Below, piece by piece: positions 48,651-63,158 of a stretch of DNA of 64,000 bases. This DNA comes from Azolla caroliniana (lineage: Eukaryota; Plantae; Polypodiophyta). The DNA lies in NCBI GenBank assembly GCA_043228905.1, contig JBHGNT010000011.1, positions 6,076,001-6,140,000 of the forward strand, given 5' to 3'. Numbering within the stretch: position 1 is the stretch's first letter; every line of letters starts with the position of its first letter. The notes under the pieces are model-generated. The model did not search any database. It saw only the letters and a program-made list of their open reading frames with translations, and had not been told where the DNA came from. The position numbers were made by a program, and so were the translations under genes.

Positions 48651-51600
48651 TATTAGAGATATAATCTAATGTAAGTGTATGATAAGGAAAAAAGAATGAT
48701 AGATAGATAGATAGAAAAGAGAGAGAGAAAGAAGGGTGTCGATCCACCCAACCACCCCCGAGCGAAGGGATGGTGACAGACTCGAGCCTCAATCGGCGTC
48801 CCATACCACCATCGTGGCGTCGAGTCGTACCTGGTGTTGGCACGCTCACTACAAGAGTTGAACCACCACGAAGCAGAGTCTCGACGTAGTCAAAAGATGA
48901 TGAAATGAGGGTAGCTAGGCCTCTTATTTATAGCGATACCCAAGGCCCCCAGGCAATTCACACTTGGCGTAATGGGTTGTCTCAATCCCGAGGATTAAAA
49001 GTAATCCACCCCTTCTTTACACTCTCGTTTAACCCTCACACTTATCCACGTGTATAGAATACTACAGTAAATTCCCACCACGGGATATTATATGGTCATG
49101 CTTGTAACATAGTCCCCCTCTTTTGCAATGTTAAGTTAGGGAAGTTAGTTCTGAGAGTATTTTCGCGTTCCCATGTGGCATCTTTTATTGATTTATCCAT
49201 CCATTTTATTTTAAATTCTCGGATTTCTTTAGTACGTAATTTCTTTGTTTTAACATCGAGAATTCTTTTTGGTACATGTGGTTTAGAAGATAATTCTTCA
49301 GAAGTAACCAGAGTTTCAATTGTAGTTGTATTGTCGCCAGAACCTAGAAGTTCTTTTAGACGACTCACATGAAAAACTGGATGAATTTCAACACCATATG
49401 GAAGAGCGAGACGATAGGTTGATGACCCAATCCGTTTGAGGACTGTAAAAGGTCCACAAAACCATGGGGCTAACTTAGCGCACTTATCCTTAGACAATGT
49501 CTTAGAATTGTGAGGTACACGTAAAAATACCTTCTATCGAGGGTTGAATACACGAGGTTGCCTATGATGTTTGGTATTAAAACGTGCTCTATCTTGAGCT
49601 GTTTTTATATTATCTCGTGCAATATACAACGTATCTTGCATATCCCGAAGAAAGTTTTGCGTACTTCGCAACTCATCATGATGTATATTAACATCAATCG
49701 AGGCTCGTGGTTGAAAACCATACATCAACATAAAAGGACTATATCTCGTCGATGTATGCTTGGAGGTGTTATAAGCAAACTCCAAAATTGGGAGATAACG
49801 TTCCCATTTTGTTAGTTTTGTATCAACGTATGCTCGAAGCATGTCCTCAATAATTTGATTTACTCATTCTGTCTGTCCATCGAATTGAGGATGATCCGTG
49901 GAGCTCATGCTCAATGTAGTTTCTAACTTCTTAAAGACTTGCGTCTAGAAGTCACTAGTAAACTTTGGATCTTGATCACTCATGATATCCATCGGTAACC
50001 CATAAAAACGAAAAAACTCATCAACGAATTGGTAACCCAATTCAGGAGTTGTTACCGTGGTTTTAGTAGCAATAAATCTGGCCATTTTAGTTAGTCTATC
50101 AACCACAACCCAAATGGCATCATGGCCTTTTTGGGTGCGAGGAAGGCTAACAATAAAATCCATGGATATACTTTCCCACTTATTATTGGGAATGTCCAAG
50201 GGATGTAAAAGTCCTGTGGCTTTAAGTCGCTCGACTTTGTTAACTTGACATTGGTGACATTTAGTCACATAGCTATGTATGTCAAGGCGCATCGTAGGCC
50301 AATAGAATTGAGTGGAGATGAGAATGAGTGTACGAAGTATTCCAGGGTGCCCCGTAGAGGGTGCATCATGGCATTCAAAAAGAATTCTCTTTTTGACCTC
50401 AGGCAAATCTGGAACACAAACCTTCCCATTACGGTAGAGCAGACCGTTAGCAATGTGGAAGTATTCCTTCGAGGATGTGGTGGTGTCTGTTCCAGACTCA
50501 ACTCTTGTCTCTAGTATTTCGCAAAATAATTGTCATCGGGATACTTTTCTTGAAGGTGATCATAAAGATCTGATGTTATTTCAGTGAAGCTAAGCATGTT
50601 AACTTCACGGATGTGACTTAGTGCATTAGTGACAATGTTCATGGAACCTTTACGATATCGTATGGAAAAATCAAAGTCTTGGATGAGATTAGCCCATCGT
50701 GCCTTATTACCTTTTAGGTCTTGTTGGTCACAAAAATATTTCAAGGACTCGTGGTCCGTAGTTACCACAAAACGATTTCCATAATGATAATGGCACCATG
50801 TTTTGAGCGCATGTATAACTGCAATAAACTCCTTTTCTTGAACCGTATACCGACATTGAGCAGAATCAAGCTTCTTACTCTCAAATGCTATTGGTTTACC
50901 ATCTTGATATAAGACAACACCTATAGCATAATCGCTTGCATCGGTTTCAACCTCAAAAGGTTTTGAAGGATGAGGTAAAAGGAGCGAAGGAGCCTTACAC
51001 ACTAGGTCCTTGAGTTCTTTAAAGGCGAGGTCTAGTGTAGCATTCCACACAATAGGTTTTGTAGAATTATGCATTTGACCTTTTAGAATATCAGTAAACG
51101 GCGTCGTCAATTGGGAGTAATTACGAAGGGATTTTCGCGAAAACCCGACAAAACCAAGGAATGATCGAACTTCTCGAATATTTCGAAGAGTGGGCCAAAG
51201 CTTGATTTTCTCAATGCGAGAAGGATCAATTTCAAATCCTCGTTCGGTTATGAGATGTCCAAGATAAGTAATTGATTTCTTGAAGAACTCAAATTTTGAG
51301 ATCTTCGCATAAAACTGTTTGTCACGCAATGTTTGTAAAACAAAGTGGACATGTTTAGCATGTTCTTATAATGTACGAATATAAACTAAACTATCATCCT
51401 AGAAAATAACGACACATTTTCCAAGTTGTTCTCGGAAAATGTCATTCATTTCTTGTTGAAATGTACCCGGAGCATTGGTCAAACCAAAAGACATAACCAA
51501 AAACTCATAATGGTCATAGCGCGTATGAAATGCCGTTTTAGGAACATTGTCCTCACTTATATGAATTTGATGGTAGCCAGTACGGAGATCAAGTTTCGTA

Positions 51601-53645
51601 AAATACCAAGCTCCCTGGAGACGGTCAATTAGATCGTCAGCCCGGGGCAATGGATACGAATTCTTGATCGTCACTTTATTCAAGTGTCAGTAATTAATAC
51701 ACATACGCCATGTGCCCTCCTTCTTTTTAACCAAGAGAACTGGTGCACCCCATGGAGATTTACTATAACGTATATAAACCATTCGTAAATAGTCCTTGAA
51801 TTTCTTAGATACCTCATCCTCTTCGGATCGACTTAAACGATAAGGAGGTATAATTATTGGTGTAACGCTAGGTACAATATCTATACGATGGTTTATATTA
51901 TATTTAGGAGGTAACACATCTGGTAGTTCGCTCAGAAAAATATCACGAAAATCATTTAAGATTTCATCAAGTTGTTGTTGTTCAAAATATGTTAATTGAA
52001 CCGAGACATTATCGATATTGTAAACGTGAATGTCCGGATCAAGTACACAATAAACTAGAGTAGAACAAGACAACTCGGATATTGATGGAGAGGAAACAAT
52101 CGAGAGGGATTGTTTTTTTACACATTGAATAAAATGAGTACAATCGTTCAGTACAAAAGTTATTGAATGATGAACCCAATCAATAGATAAAGAAGAGTTT
52201 TTATTATAGAACCAGGGATAACCCAATATTACATCAGTGGTACAAAGATTGATTACATGGAAGTCTACTTCCTCTATATAAGTATCAATAGAAATTCCTA
52301 ATGAATGAATCGCCCTATTGATGTATTGTACTCTTCCATTAGGCAAGTGCACCCTATAGGTGTGATCACTTACAGTGGGTTGGATTCCCCATATCTGAAC
52401 CAAACGATCATTCACAAAGTTGTGTGAGCTTCCTAAATCAAACAAAAATTGTACGGGAGATCCATTGATATACTTGTTTGCACGTAGTAAATCATTAGGA
52501 CCCAATACATAGTGAGGGAAAGAACATTGAAAATTACTTAAATGATGTGTATAGACCTAAAGGACATTAAGAATCTGACCTTTATGGTCTGTAGTTTTAG
52601 CTTTGCTGTCGCGCTCGCTACAAGAGTTGAACCACCACGAAACAGAGTCTCGACGTAGTCAAAAGATGATGAAATGAGGGTGGCTAGGCCTCTTATTTAT
52701 AACGATATTTTAAAAGAAACATATATGTCAAGTGTCCTTATTTCCCCCTCATTTACCACAAACTTTGTTGGTACGTAAACGCATATCATTTACATACAAA
52801 TCAAGGTAATGACCTCATACGCAAGCGTAACATATGTTTGTGAATGTAATACATAATTGAGGTATTAACCTCGTACGCATACGACACTAATCACATATTA
52901 AATATATGTCAAATGAGGTATTGACCTCGTGCACATATGTAAATGTTTTATATAACCAATTAATTACCACTACAACATCATTGAATTAATGAATCTTTTT
53001 TACATATAACCATATACATGATTAGAAGGGAGAAGAAAAAATAGAAAAAAAAACAAGAAAGATTACCGAAGTTCCTTTGTTGATCGTTGTCTGGATCAAG
53101 GTCAACCGCACATCAATCGATCACCATCAATCAAGAAGACAAAAGAAAACAAGAGAAACATTAGAACATGAGCTCTGATACCAACTATTAGAGATATGAT
53201 CTAATGTAAGCGTATGATAAGGAGAAAAGAATGACAGATAGATAGATAGAAAGGAGAGAGAGAAAGAAGGGTGCCGATCCACCCGATCACCCCTGAGCGA
53301 AGGGATGGTGACGAACTTGAGCCTCGATCAGCGTCCCATACCACCGTCGTGGCGTCGAGTCGTACATGGTGTTGGCGCACTCGCTACAAGAGTTGAACCA
53401 CCACGAAACAGAGTCTCAACGTAGTGAAAAGATGATGAAATGAGGGTAGCTAGGCCTCTTATTTATTGCGATACCCAAGGCCCCCAAGCAAGTTCACACT
53501 TGGCGTAATGGGTTGTCTCAATCCCGAGGATTAAAAGTAATCCACCCCTTCTTTACACTCTCGTTTAACCCTCACACTTATCCACGTGCATAGAATACTA
53601 CGGTAAATTCCCACCATGGGATATTATATGGTCATGCCCGTAACA
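48651..53645 (-). mobile_element. Decayed chromovirus (iMet PBS), gag deleted
   Basis: LTRs 48651-49109 and 53186-53645; TSD ACAAT; PBS 53171-53183; PPT ~49113-49122; [35 protein letters not shown], chromodomain KIKW...DATWE. Confidence 0.95.
52611..52707 (-). repeat. Internal ~97-bp copy of the element's own LTR TATA/R region
   Basis: Matches ~53376-53472 and ~48841-48937 in the same orientation. Confidence 0.9.
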
Positions 53646-54137
53646 ACAATGCTAGAAACTTTAGGATTCATGTAAAACACAACTACTTCATATTGGACCT
53701 ACATGAACAATTCCATCTTAATGTGGATTTTGGAAGTGTATGGAACCAGAAATAACAATTTCACTTTATCTACATCTAGTTATGTATGTATGTATGTACG
53801 TGAACCAATTTCAATATGTTTGGACTAGGAACCTATGAGAATTCATCATAGTACACATGACAATTTTGTATTTTTTGTCACCTTTGTTGTGTCTAGAGTA
53901 TAAACTCAATAACATATGTTGGCAACATCACAATGTAGATAAAAAGAAATATAGTATAGGCAAAACTATCCAATAGGATGACCCAATATTTTCGTTTAGG
54001 GAAATTTCTGAGTGGCCTATGACAATATAGATAAATTAGTTATGTCATTTCTAGAAGTGTTTGCCTTGATTATATTGCTCACCCAAATACCTATAAGCAA
54101 ATAATAAAAACATTTCACTATAAGTGGCAAGGTTCAC

Positions 54138-54328
54138 CCACACTCATGGATCTCGAATAAGTAGATATATAGCTAATATAATAGATCAATAGTCATGTAG
54201 GCCAACAATGAGATTGCATAAACAAGAAAAAACCACACTCATGGATCTCGAATAAGTAGATATATAGCTAATATAATAGATAAATAGTCATGTAGGTCAA
54301 CAATGAGATTGCATAAACAAGAAAAAAC
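54138..54328. repeat. ~95-bp tandem duplication
   Basis: CCACACTCATGGATCTCGAATAAG...ACAAGAAAAAA twice. Confidence 0.9.
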
Positions 54329-55339
54329 TTGTATGGGCATGTACCCTATGACACCAAAATTTCCAAGGTTTAATTTTGAAACTATCTTTCTTTTTGTTTT
54401 CAAAAAAGAGAAGTTGTATGTATATTTTACATCACTCTTTATAGCGCCAATAAATTTTAAATGCATATATTCCTCAAAGGTTGTCACTTTCCTAATGCTT
54501 TTTCACATGCAATCATAGGACTCCAATGTTCAAAGCCGAAGGAAACCTTACACACACACACACACACACACACATAGTTAGCAAGTCGTCAAGTTCTTAT
54601 TCAAGTATGTTTAACTTGATGTAAAATTGTGAAGCTTCAGAGCAACTTTCTCTTGCCTTGCTAGCAAAACTACCTTTAGTTTGTTCTAGTCATAACCTCC
54701 TTCACTGAATTCTTGTTGGACTTTGCATCCGAAGATAGATAAGAAAATCAATAAGTGAAGATGTCACTATGTCGGTTTTATTTGTTTGAGAATATGCACT
54801 TCTTACAAAATAATTGATCTAAACCGCCAACGCGAAAAGTGCAAATAAACATTCCGCCATTGTTATAACCTTATAGATAGTTGTACATTGCAATTAAATT
54901 TTCAATTTGTTTATAAATATTCCACATGTGAAGACACCACATTTTCAGCTCATCTCATAAGTGCAATGTTACCAAAAGCTCACAATGTTGGATGCTTTAT
55001 CTATAATTTATGAAGACAAAATTCAAATCAAGGACCTTAGGTCCACTTGTACAACCATGTGTAAACTAGAGGAAGAATCAAAGTTCAACCCAACCATTCA
55101 ATATATAACTATATTCATGGGTTCTTAGCTACTCATATATAGGCTAACTTTATGAGGTGCTAGCTCTCCACAATACAACTGGCTTGGCTATATATTGACA
55201 CCTTGTAGAAAACATGCCCTTCTCCTCGTTACATGGTCTAATGTCATACCTAATGGCCATATTTGTTACACTACATATATTTTATAAAAAGAGCTACAAA
55301 ATAATCATTCCAAAAACCGAGAAACGTTATGTATATGTT

Positions 55340-55525
55340 AATGAGCTCATTAACATATGTTAATTTGTTTTACCCCCTAAAAAAAGTAAATTAAAGCGGT
55401 CATTAACATGTTTGTGATTGTGTTCTATGAGCTCATTAACATATGTTAATTTGTTTTACCCCCTAAAAAAGTAAATTAAAGCGGTCATTAACACGTTTGT
55501 GATTGTGTTCTATGAGCTCATTAAC
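55340..55525. repeat. ~86-bp tandem duplication
   Basis: ATGAGCTCATTAACATATG...GTGTTCT twice plus a partial third unit. Confidence 0.9.
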
Positions 55526-55771
55526 ACTATAAAAAAGAGTTAAAATCAAAATAAGAAGCCAATAAACACTCATTTCATTCTGTTGAGGCAAGATAATATA
55601 TTCTTGTGTTGAATCTCCAGTATAATCCTCTGAGGCTTGGCATTATACGAATGCTAGCACAAATTACTTCTACAAATACCAATATTAATTTCATTACCAT
55701 CACTTGACCAACGAAAATTAACAATTAAGGAATCATATCAACAATTCTCAACTTTCTCAAAATATGAAAGT

Positions 55772-55803
<32 letters not shown>

Positions 55804-56144
55804 GAAAAGTAAATTGAAATATTGGTGCATTCACATAAGGCCACTCACATGGAGATGATGGAACACACCCAACCGTAGATTATCATCCCCATGCATTTAG
55901 AGCAAGATGAGAAATCACTCTCCATACGACCCATATTCATCATTTTGAAATTCAAAATGAAACATGGTAAGTTCTAAGTAGAGAAAACCAAATCTTTTCC
56001 ACTTTTCCTCGATCAAAAGCAAAGTATAATGTGAAGTACTCATAACACTACTATGTGAAGGAGCACCTCACACTACAATTTAAGTATTCACACCAATCCC
56101 ACACCATCACATACCTAACACGTCAACCTTGCACAACATCATTA

Positions 56145-58278
56145 TGTTGGACACTCCCACCCATGCTTCTTCGTCACATTGTAAAAAGCCGTAAATTCAT
56201 ATAAGTATAAATATGACTTAGGGCAATCACTTAAGGTTGTTATTGTTGTTGTAACTGTTGTAAAGTGAGAGCGACAGAGAGGGAGAGAGATATACAAAGA
56301 GAGGTCGTTGCCTACAAGTCTATGATTGTACCCCTTTCTTCATAGTGACAGTTTGGAGTCTGTGGACTCCCGTGCTTTTTCCCATTTAGGTTTTTCCACG
56401 TAAACATATTGTGTTCACTCTTTAGTTCCCATTTCTGTGTTCTCCATTCTCATAGAAGTGTTCAAGACTCGGTTGTGGCTGAGCAATATTCCACGTTTTT
56501 CTTAACAATTTGGTATCAGAGCCAACAACACAGGGAATGGAAAAATCGTTCGGCGGCCTGTTCAAGCTCACCGGCTCCAACTACTCAGTGTGGAAGTCGA
56601 AGATGAGATGTTGGTGGTTAAAGATCTTTGGTTGCCGGTTCAGTTTGGGGACAAAAGACCAGATAAGATCGACGCCACAATGTGGGAGGTGATGCACATG
56701 AAGACGACGGCCTACATCCGGTGCTTCATCAACATGAGCCTGTACAACAACTTTAATGAAGAGAGCAAGGCTCATGAACTCTGGGAGAAGATCGGCATCA
56801 TGTTCCAGAACAAGAATGTCGTTAATCAGGTTTCGGTATTTCGGAAGCTAGTGAGGCTTCAGTACCACGACGGCTCCAGTATGGTGGAGCACATGAATGC
56901 CTTCCAAGGGCTAATACACCATGCAACCTCGTTGGAAGTACCTCTCGCCGATGAGGTACTCGCATTGCTCCTGCTCGGTTCCCTCCCAGACAACTGGGAG
57001 ACGTTAGTTGTCACGCTGGGAAACGTCGGGACGGAAGGAAAACAGTTGTCCCTAGCAAGGGTAAAATCAAGCTTGCTAGAAGAAGACGTGCACCAGAAGT
57101 CTGGAACCGATCCAAAGGGCTTCGTCACAGAAGATGACCACAACCGAGGAAGAGGCCGGTATCGGAGTCCCCAAAACCAGGACAAGTCGGGGACGAGGTC
57201 GAACTCAAGAGGTAGGTCACATGCGGGAAGCCGGGACACTTCCAGAAGAACTATCGGCATTTCCGGAAGGAGGAAGAAACCGGCACTACTGATTCGAAGA
57301 AGAGTTTGAATCGGAGAGGGCCGGATCAGAAAGGCACATCGGCGGTCACGACAAGTGAAGAAGAAGTGATGCTCATTACCGAAGAGGATGAGTTAAACCT
57401 TGTCGGTGATGAGACAACATGGGTTGTCGATTCCAAAGTGTCCTTCCACCTGACACCGGATCAGAAATGCTTCTCATCCTACACAACCGGTGATCCCGGT
57501 TGTGTCCGGATGGGGAATCAAGGCACATGACGAATTATCAGCATAGGAGATGTGTTGTTGGCGACATCAACCGGATGCAAATTGCTGCTGAAGGATGTCT
57601 GACACGTTCCGGAGGTTCGACTAAACCTGATATCAGCCGGTCGGCTAGATGATGAAGGCTACACGGGTAGCATCTGGAACGGTGTTATGAAGTTCAGCAA
57701 GGGAAGCTTGATAGTGGCTCGAGTCCGGAAGATCAACTCACTATACTTGATGAATGCCCAGATATGCCGGGAAGAAGTGAACGTAGCATCTGACACTGCC
57801 AGTGAGTTGTGGCACAAAAGACTGTGTCACATGAGTGAGAAGGGGATGAAGAGGCTTGCCAAAGACAACCTCATTCCGGTGAAGGACGTGCAACTTGAGA
57901 AGTGCACCGATTGCTTGGCCAGCAAGCAAAACTGCACCTCCTTCCGGTAAAGACCACCAATGAGACGGAATGCACCACTAGAGCTGGTACATATCGATGT
58001 GTGTCAAGTGGACACGAAGTCACATGCCGGATCGCAGTACTTCGTGATGTTCATAGATGACCATAGCTGGAAGTTGTGGTTCTCACCATTGAAGACGAAG
58101 GATCAAGTGCTATCTGTCTTCAAGGAGCTCCATGCAAGAGCGGAAAGAGAAACTGATCGGAAGTTGAAGGCAGTTCGAGCAGATAACGGAGGAGAATACT
58201 GGGGGTAGTTCGAGGAGTACTGCCGATCGAAGGGAATCCAGCTCGAGTTTACTGTGCCGAAGACGGTAGAACTAAACG
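56145..58278 (+). mobile_element. Copia family 2, 5' part (LTR 56145-56507, Met PBS 56511-56523, gag-PR-INT start), decayed
   Basis: TGTTGG...TTAACA, TGGTATCAGAGCC, LWHKRLCH, ADNGGE; ends abruptly at PKTVELN. Confidence 0.92.
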
Positions 58279-61200
58279 TATCTGGTTGGGTACACACCAT
58301 TGCATACATTAAGCTCCCGACGGCAGAGGCATATGGTATCTTCATCATATCCGCCTTCACTGCCTTCATCTTCAGGCTTTGCTTACCGGATAACCTGCAG
58401 TTTGCCAAGAGTACTGATCCGACCGGTTTTGCATCTGACATGTTGAATAGCTGAAGCACCTTTGTCACATACTTCTCTTGTGACAGCCACAATTGCTTCG
58501 TTGACCAGTCCCGGATGATATGCATCCCCAGTATCTGTCCTGCTGGACCCAAGTCTTTCATTGAGAAGGTCCGTCTAGTTCAGGGCCTTCTTCAGCATCC
58601 GTATCTTGACTTGGTCTTTTCTGATGATCAACATGTCATCCACATACAGGAGGAGTATCAGGAAGTCTCCATCTTCAAACTTCTTCACAAATACGCAGTG
58701 ATTGGCCTGCGTCTTGTGGTACCCTTGATCGGTCATGAAGGAGTTGAACATTCGGTACCATTGTTGGGGAGCCTGCTTCAAACCATAGAGGCTCTTCTTC
58801 AATCGGCAAACTAGGTGCTCATTCCCTATCTTCACAAATCCCTTAGGTTGCTGCATGTAGATCTCCTCTTCGAGGTCGCCATGGAGGAACGCCATCTTCA
58901 CGTAACTGCTCTACCTCGAGGTCCATGCTTGCCACTATACTCAACACCGTCCGGATGGAAATCATCTTTACTACCAGGGCAAATATCTCGTCGAAGTCCA
59001 CACCCTTCTTCTGCTGGAACCCCTTCACCACGATCCTAGCTTTGTATCTCGAGGGGTTGTCGGCATCTCCCGGTTTCAACTTGTACACCCACTTGTTTTG
59101 GAGTGCCCTCTTTCCTTTTGGCAACTCCACCAATTCATACTTGTGGTTCTCATGCAAGGAATCCATCTCGTCCTACATGGCACTCAACCACTTGTGGCTG
59201 TGGGTGTCCTCCTTTGCTTCTTCGAAGCTTTCCGGCTCCCCCTCATCGGTCAGCAACACGCGTTCTACATCCGGAAATCTCCAGGGGGCACTTCTTTCCC
59301 GGAGAGGATATCTCCGTCCTTGGCTTTCGGCAACCAACTCCTCTATTTGTTCTTCATCTTAACCCGATTTGGGGTCTTGGCCGGTTCCAGTTTCTTCTTC
59401 TTCTTCTGCCGTAACCGGCCGGTTCTTCTAGTGTTAACCGACTCTTTGCCGGATGGGTTTGCATCTCATCAAACCGGTCCTTTCCGGTCGATTTGGAGTT
59501 CATTATCTTCTTCTCTGACTCCCATTCGGCACGGGTCTTGTTCTCCATGAAGATAATATCTCGACTCCGGAATACTTTCTTGTCAACCGGGTCCCACACT
59601 CGGTAGCCGAACTCATCATCGCCGTATCCGAGGAAATATGCATGGCCAGGTCTTTGGATACAACTTTCCTCTCCGGTCTTTAGCCACATGCACGTACGTG
59701 AGACACCCAAACACCTTCAGATGCCGGTAGGATACTTCCTTACTGGTCCACACTCTCTGCGGCGTGTCTCCATCCAAGGGTACTGAGGGTGACCTGTTTA
59801 TCACATATGCCATTGTCGACAGCGCCTCAGCCCAAAACATCTTGGGTAACTTTGCATGTGCCAACATACTCCGGACCCTCTCCATTATGGTTCAGTTCAT
59901 CCTCTCGGCCAGCTCGTTTAGTTCCGGCATCTTCGGCACAGTAAATTCGAGCCGGATTCCCTTCGAGCCGCAGTACTCCTCAAACTGCCCCCAGTATTCT
60001 CCTCCGTTATCTGCTCAAAGTGCCTTCCGCTTCCGACCGATTTCTCTTTCCACTCTTGCATGGAGCTCCTTGAAGACGGATAACACCTGGTCCTTCGTCT
60101 TCAACGGTGAGATCCACAACTTCTAGATGTGGTCTTCTATGAACGTCACAAAGTACTGCGATCCGGCATGTGACTTCGTGTCCACTTGACACACATCGGT
60201 ATGCACCAGCTCTAGTGGTGCAATACGTCTCATCGGTGGCCTTGATCGGAAGGAGGTCCAATTTTGCTTATCGGCCAGGCAGTCGGTTCACCTCTCAAGA
60301 TGCACGTCCTTTACCGGAATGAGGTTGTCATCAGCTAGCCTCCTCATCCCCTTCTTGCTCATGTGACACAGTCTCTTGTGCCACAACTCACTAGCAGTGT
60401 CGGATGCCACATTCACGACTTCCGGGCATAACCGAGCATTCAACAGGTATAGTGTGTTGACCTTCCTGGCCCGAGCCACTATCAGGCTCCCCTTGCTGAA
60501 CTTCATGACATCGTTCCGGATGCTACCCGTGTAGCCTTCATCGTCTAGCCGACCGGCTGATATTAGGTTTAGTCGAACCTCCAAAACGTGTTGGACATCC
60601 TTCGACAGCAGCTTGCATCCGGTTGGTGTTGTCAACCACACATCTCTTATGCCGACAATTCGGCATGTACCTTCATTCCCCATCCGGACACAACCGTGAT
60701 CACTGGTTGTGTAGGATGAGAAGCATTTCCAGTCTGGGGTCAGGTGGAACTACGCTCCGGAATCGACAACCCACGTTGTCTTGTCGCCAGCAAGGTTCAA
60801 CTCACTCTCCTCGGTGATGAGCATCAACTCCTCTTCACTTGCAGTGATTGTAGTCGTTCCCTTCTGGTCCAGCCCCCTCCGGTCTTTACCGTTCCGGTTC
60901 GGTGACCGCTTCGAATCGGTATTGTCGGTTTCCTTGTCTTTCCGAAAATGCCGACAATTCTTCTGGAAGTGCCCCGACTTGCCGCAATAGAAGCAAGTGG
61001 GCCTCCCCCTTGACTTTGACCATGTCCCAAACTTTTCCCGGTTCTGGGGACTCCGATTCCTTTGTCTTCCGCGTTTCGATTCGGTAAGGAGTGCTTTGGA
61101 GTCAGAGATTGTATCCTTGTCTTTCCGACACGCCTCCTCATCTAGCAAGCTCGACTTGACTCTTGCTAGGGACAATTGTTTTCCTTCCGGCCCAGCGTTG

Positions 61201-62853
61201 CCCAAAGTGACAACTAACGTCTCCCAACTGTCTGGGAGGGAACCGAGCAGGAGTAATGCTAGTACCTCATCGGCGAGAGGTACTTCCAACGATGTTGCCT
61301 GGTGAATCAGCCCCTAGAAGGCATTCATGTGCTCCGCCATGCTAGAGCCATCTTGGTACCGGAGCTGCACTAGCTTCTGGAATATCGAAACCCGATTAAC
61401 AACATTTTTGTTCTGGAACATAATGTCGATCTTCTCCCAGAGCTCATGAGCCTTACTCTCCTCATTAAAGTTGTTGTACAAGCTCATGTCGATGAAGCAC
61501 CATATGTACGCCGTTGTCTTCATCTGCATCACCTCCCATATCGTGGCATTGATCTTGTCCGGTCTCTTATCCCCAAACTGAACCAACAACCAAAGATCTT
61601 TAACCACGAGCATGTCCCTCATCTTCGACTTCCACAATGAGTAGTTGGAGCCGGTGAGCTTGAACATGCCTCCCAACGAATCTTCCATTTTTCTGTGTCG
61701 TTTCCCTGTGATGCCAAATTGACAGGAACTATGCGGAATAATCTTCGGCCACAACCGAGACTTAGATCACTTAATGATAATCAAACACATGTTGGGAACT
61801 CGACGTTCCTTATGTCCGACGCTCGGCCACAACCGAGATTCTTTTCATACACAGAAAAACAGGTAATGAAACGCGACACAAAAGGGGAGAAAGGGTACAC
61901 AGGAGGTTTACGTGGAAAACCCCAAAATAAGGGAAAAACCACGGCAGCCCACACAGGCTGCAAACTGTCACTATGTAGGAATATACAACAGTGAGTTCAC
62001 CAAGGCAACAACCTCGTGCACTCAGATCTTCGCCACAGGCGGCGGTTACAACAGAGGCAACGACCTCGTCTCTCTCTCTCTCACTCTGTACAGTTACGCG
62101 CTCTTCGTTATCTTCTTGCACCAACAAGGAAGAATCACAACAACAAAAAAAACGACGACAACAACTAAAAGTTTGCCCTAAGTCATATTTATACTAATAT
62201 GACTTTTCGGCTATTTACAAATGTAGCCTCGATGGGCTCTCAGAAACATATTTACAAATATGTCTCTTCCTCCGGTTCATACCGGGCCTGCACCATCCGT
62301 CTCTCCGTAGTCGGGTACTCCCCATCCGGTTCATACCGGATCTACACCATCCGGCTCTCCGCAGTCGGGTACTCCCCATCCGGTTCATACCGGGTCTACA
62401 CCATCCGGCTCTCCGCAGTCGGGTACTCCCCATCCGGTTCATACCGGGTCTACACCATTCGGCTCTCCGCAGTCGGGTACTCCCCATCCGGTTCATACCG
62501 GGTCTACACCATCCGGCTCTCCGCAGTCGGGTACTCCCCATCCGGTTCATAACGTTTCGGCCTCGGCCTGTCAGCCTCGGCCGAGTTTGTTCGTCGACAC
62601 TGTTCTTCTCCCTTCCCATCCGGATGGACCTGTCTCCCAACAACACAGTAGAAATGGAGAAATGGAAGTAGGTACACAGATAGAAGAGAATGCACAGGAT
62701 GTTAACGTGGGAAACCCTAAAACGGGAAAAAACCACGAGAGTTCCCAAACTCCAACTATCACTATGTAGAGAGGAATACAACAAATGAACACAGAGGCCA
62801 TGACCTCTTGCTCTCAATCTTCGCCTAGTGGCGGTTACAATAGAGACACACAT

Positions 62854-62888
<35 letters not shown>

Positions 62889-63158
62889 GGTTCTTCTACG
62901 CTTTGTACAGTAGTTACACCAATAACTCTATACAAAATAATAACTACACAATGATCCTGTTTGCCCTAGGTCATATTTATACTAATATGACTTTTGGGCT
63001 ATTTACAAATATAGCCCTTGTGGGCTCTTTGGAACATATTTACATACATGTCCCTTCATCCGGTGAGAGGTTCTCATCGGGCCTACAACATCCGGTTCTC
63101 ACTGGGCCTTCCGTTGCCGGGTACTCATATCCCATCGGGAGGGACCGAAATCCTAACA
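58279..63158 (-). mobile_element. Copia family 2, inverted nested copy, 3'-truncated; 5' LTR 61720-63158 containing a solo LTR
   Basis: gag, CFYCGKSGHFQKNC, INT and RT YVDD fragments; degenerate PBS ~61706-61716; LTR ends TCCTAACA at 63158. Confidence 0.9.
61790..62642 (-). repeat. Solo LTR (853 bp) nested in a related LTR; 54-bp tandem array (~5 copies) at 62271-62550
   Basis: TGTTGGGA...TCCCAACA with TSD ACACA (61785-61789, 62643-62647). Confidence 0.9.

Noticed and set aside
62199-62853. 18-aa repeat proteins
   Set aside because: Translation of the 54-bp LTR array.
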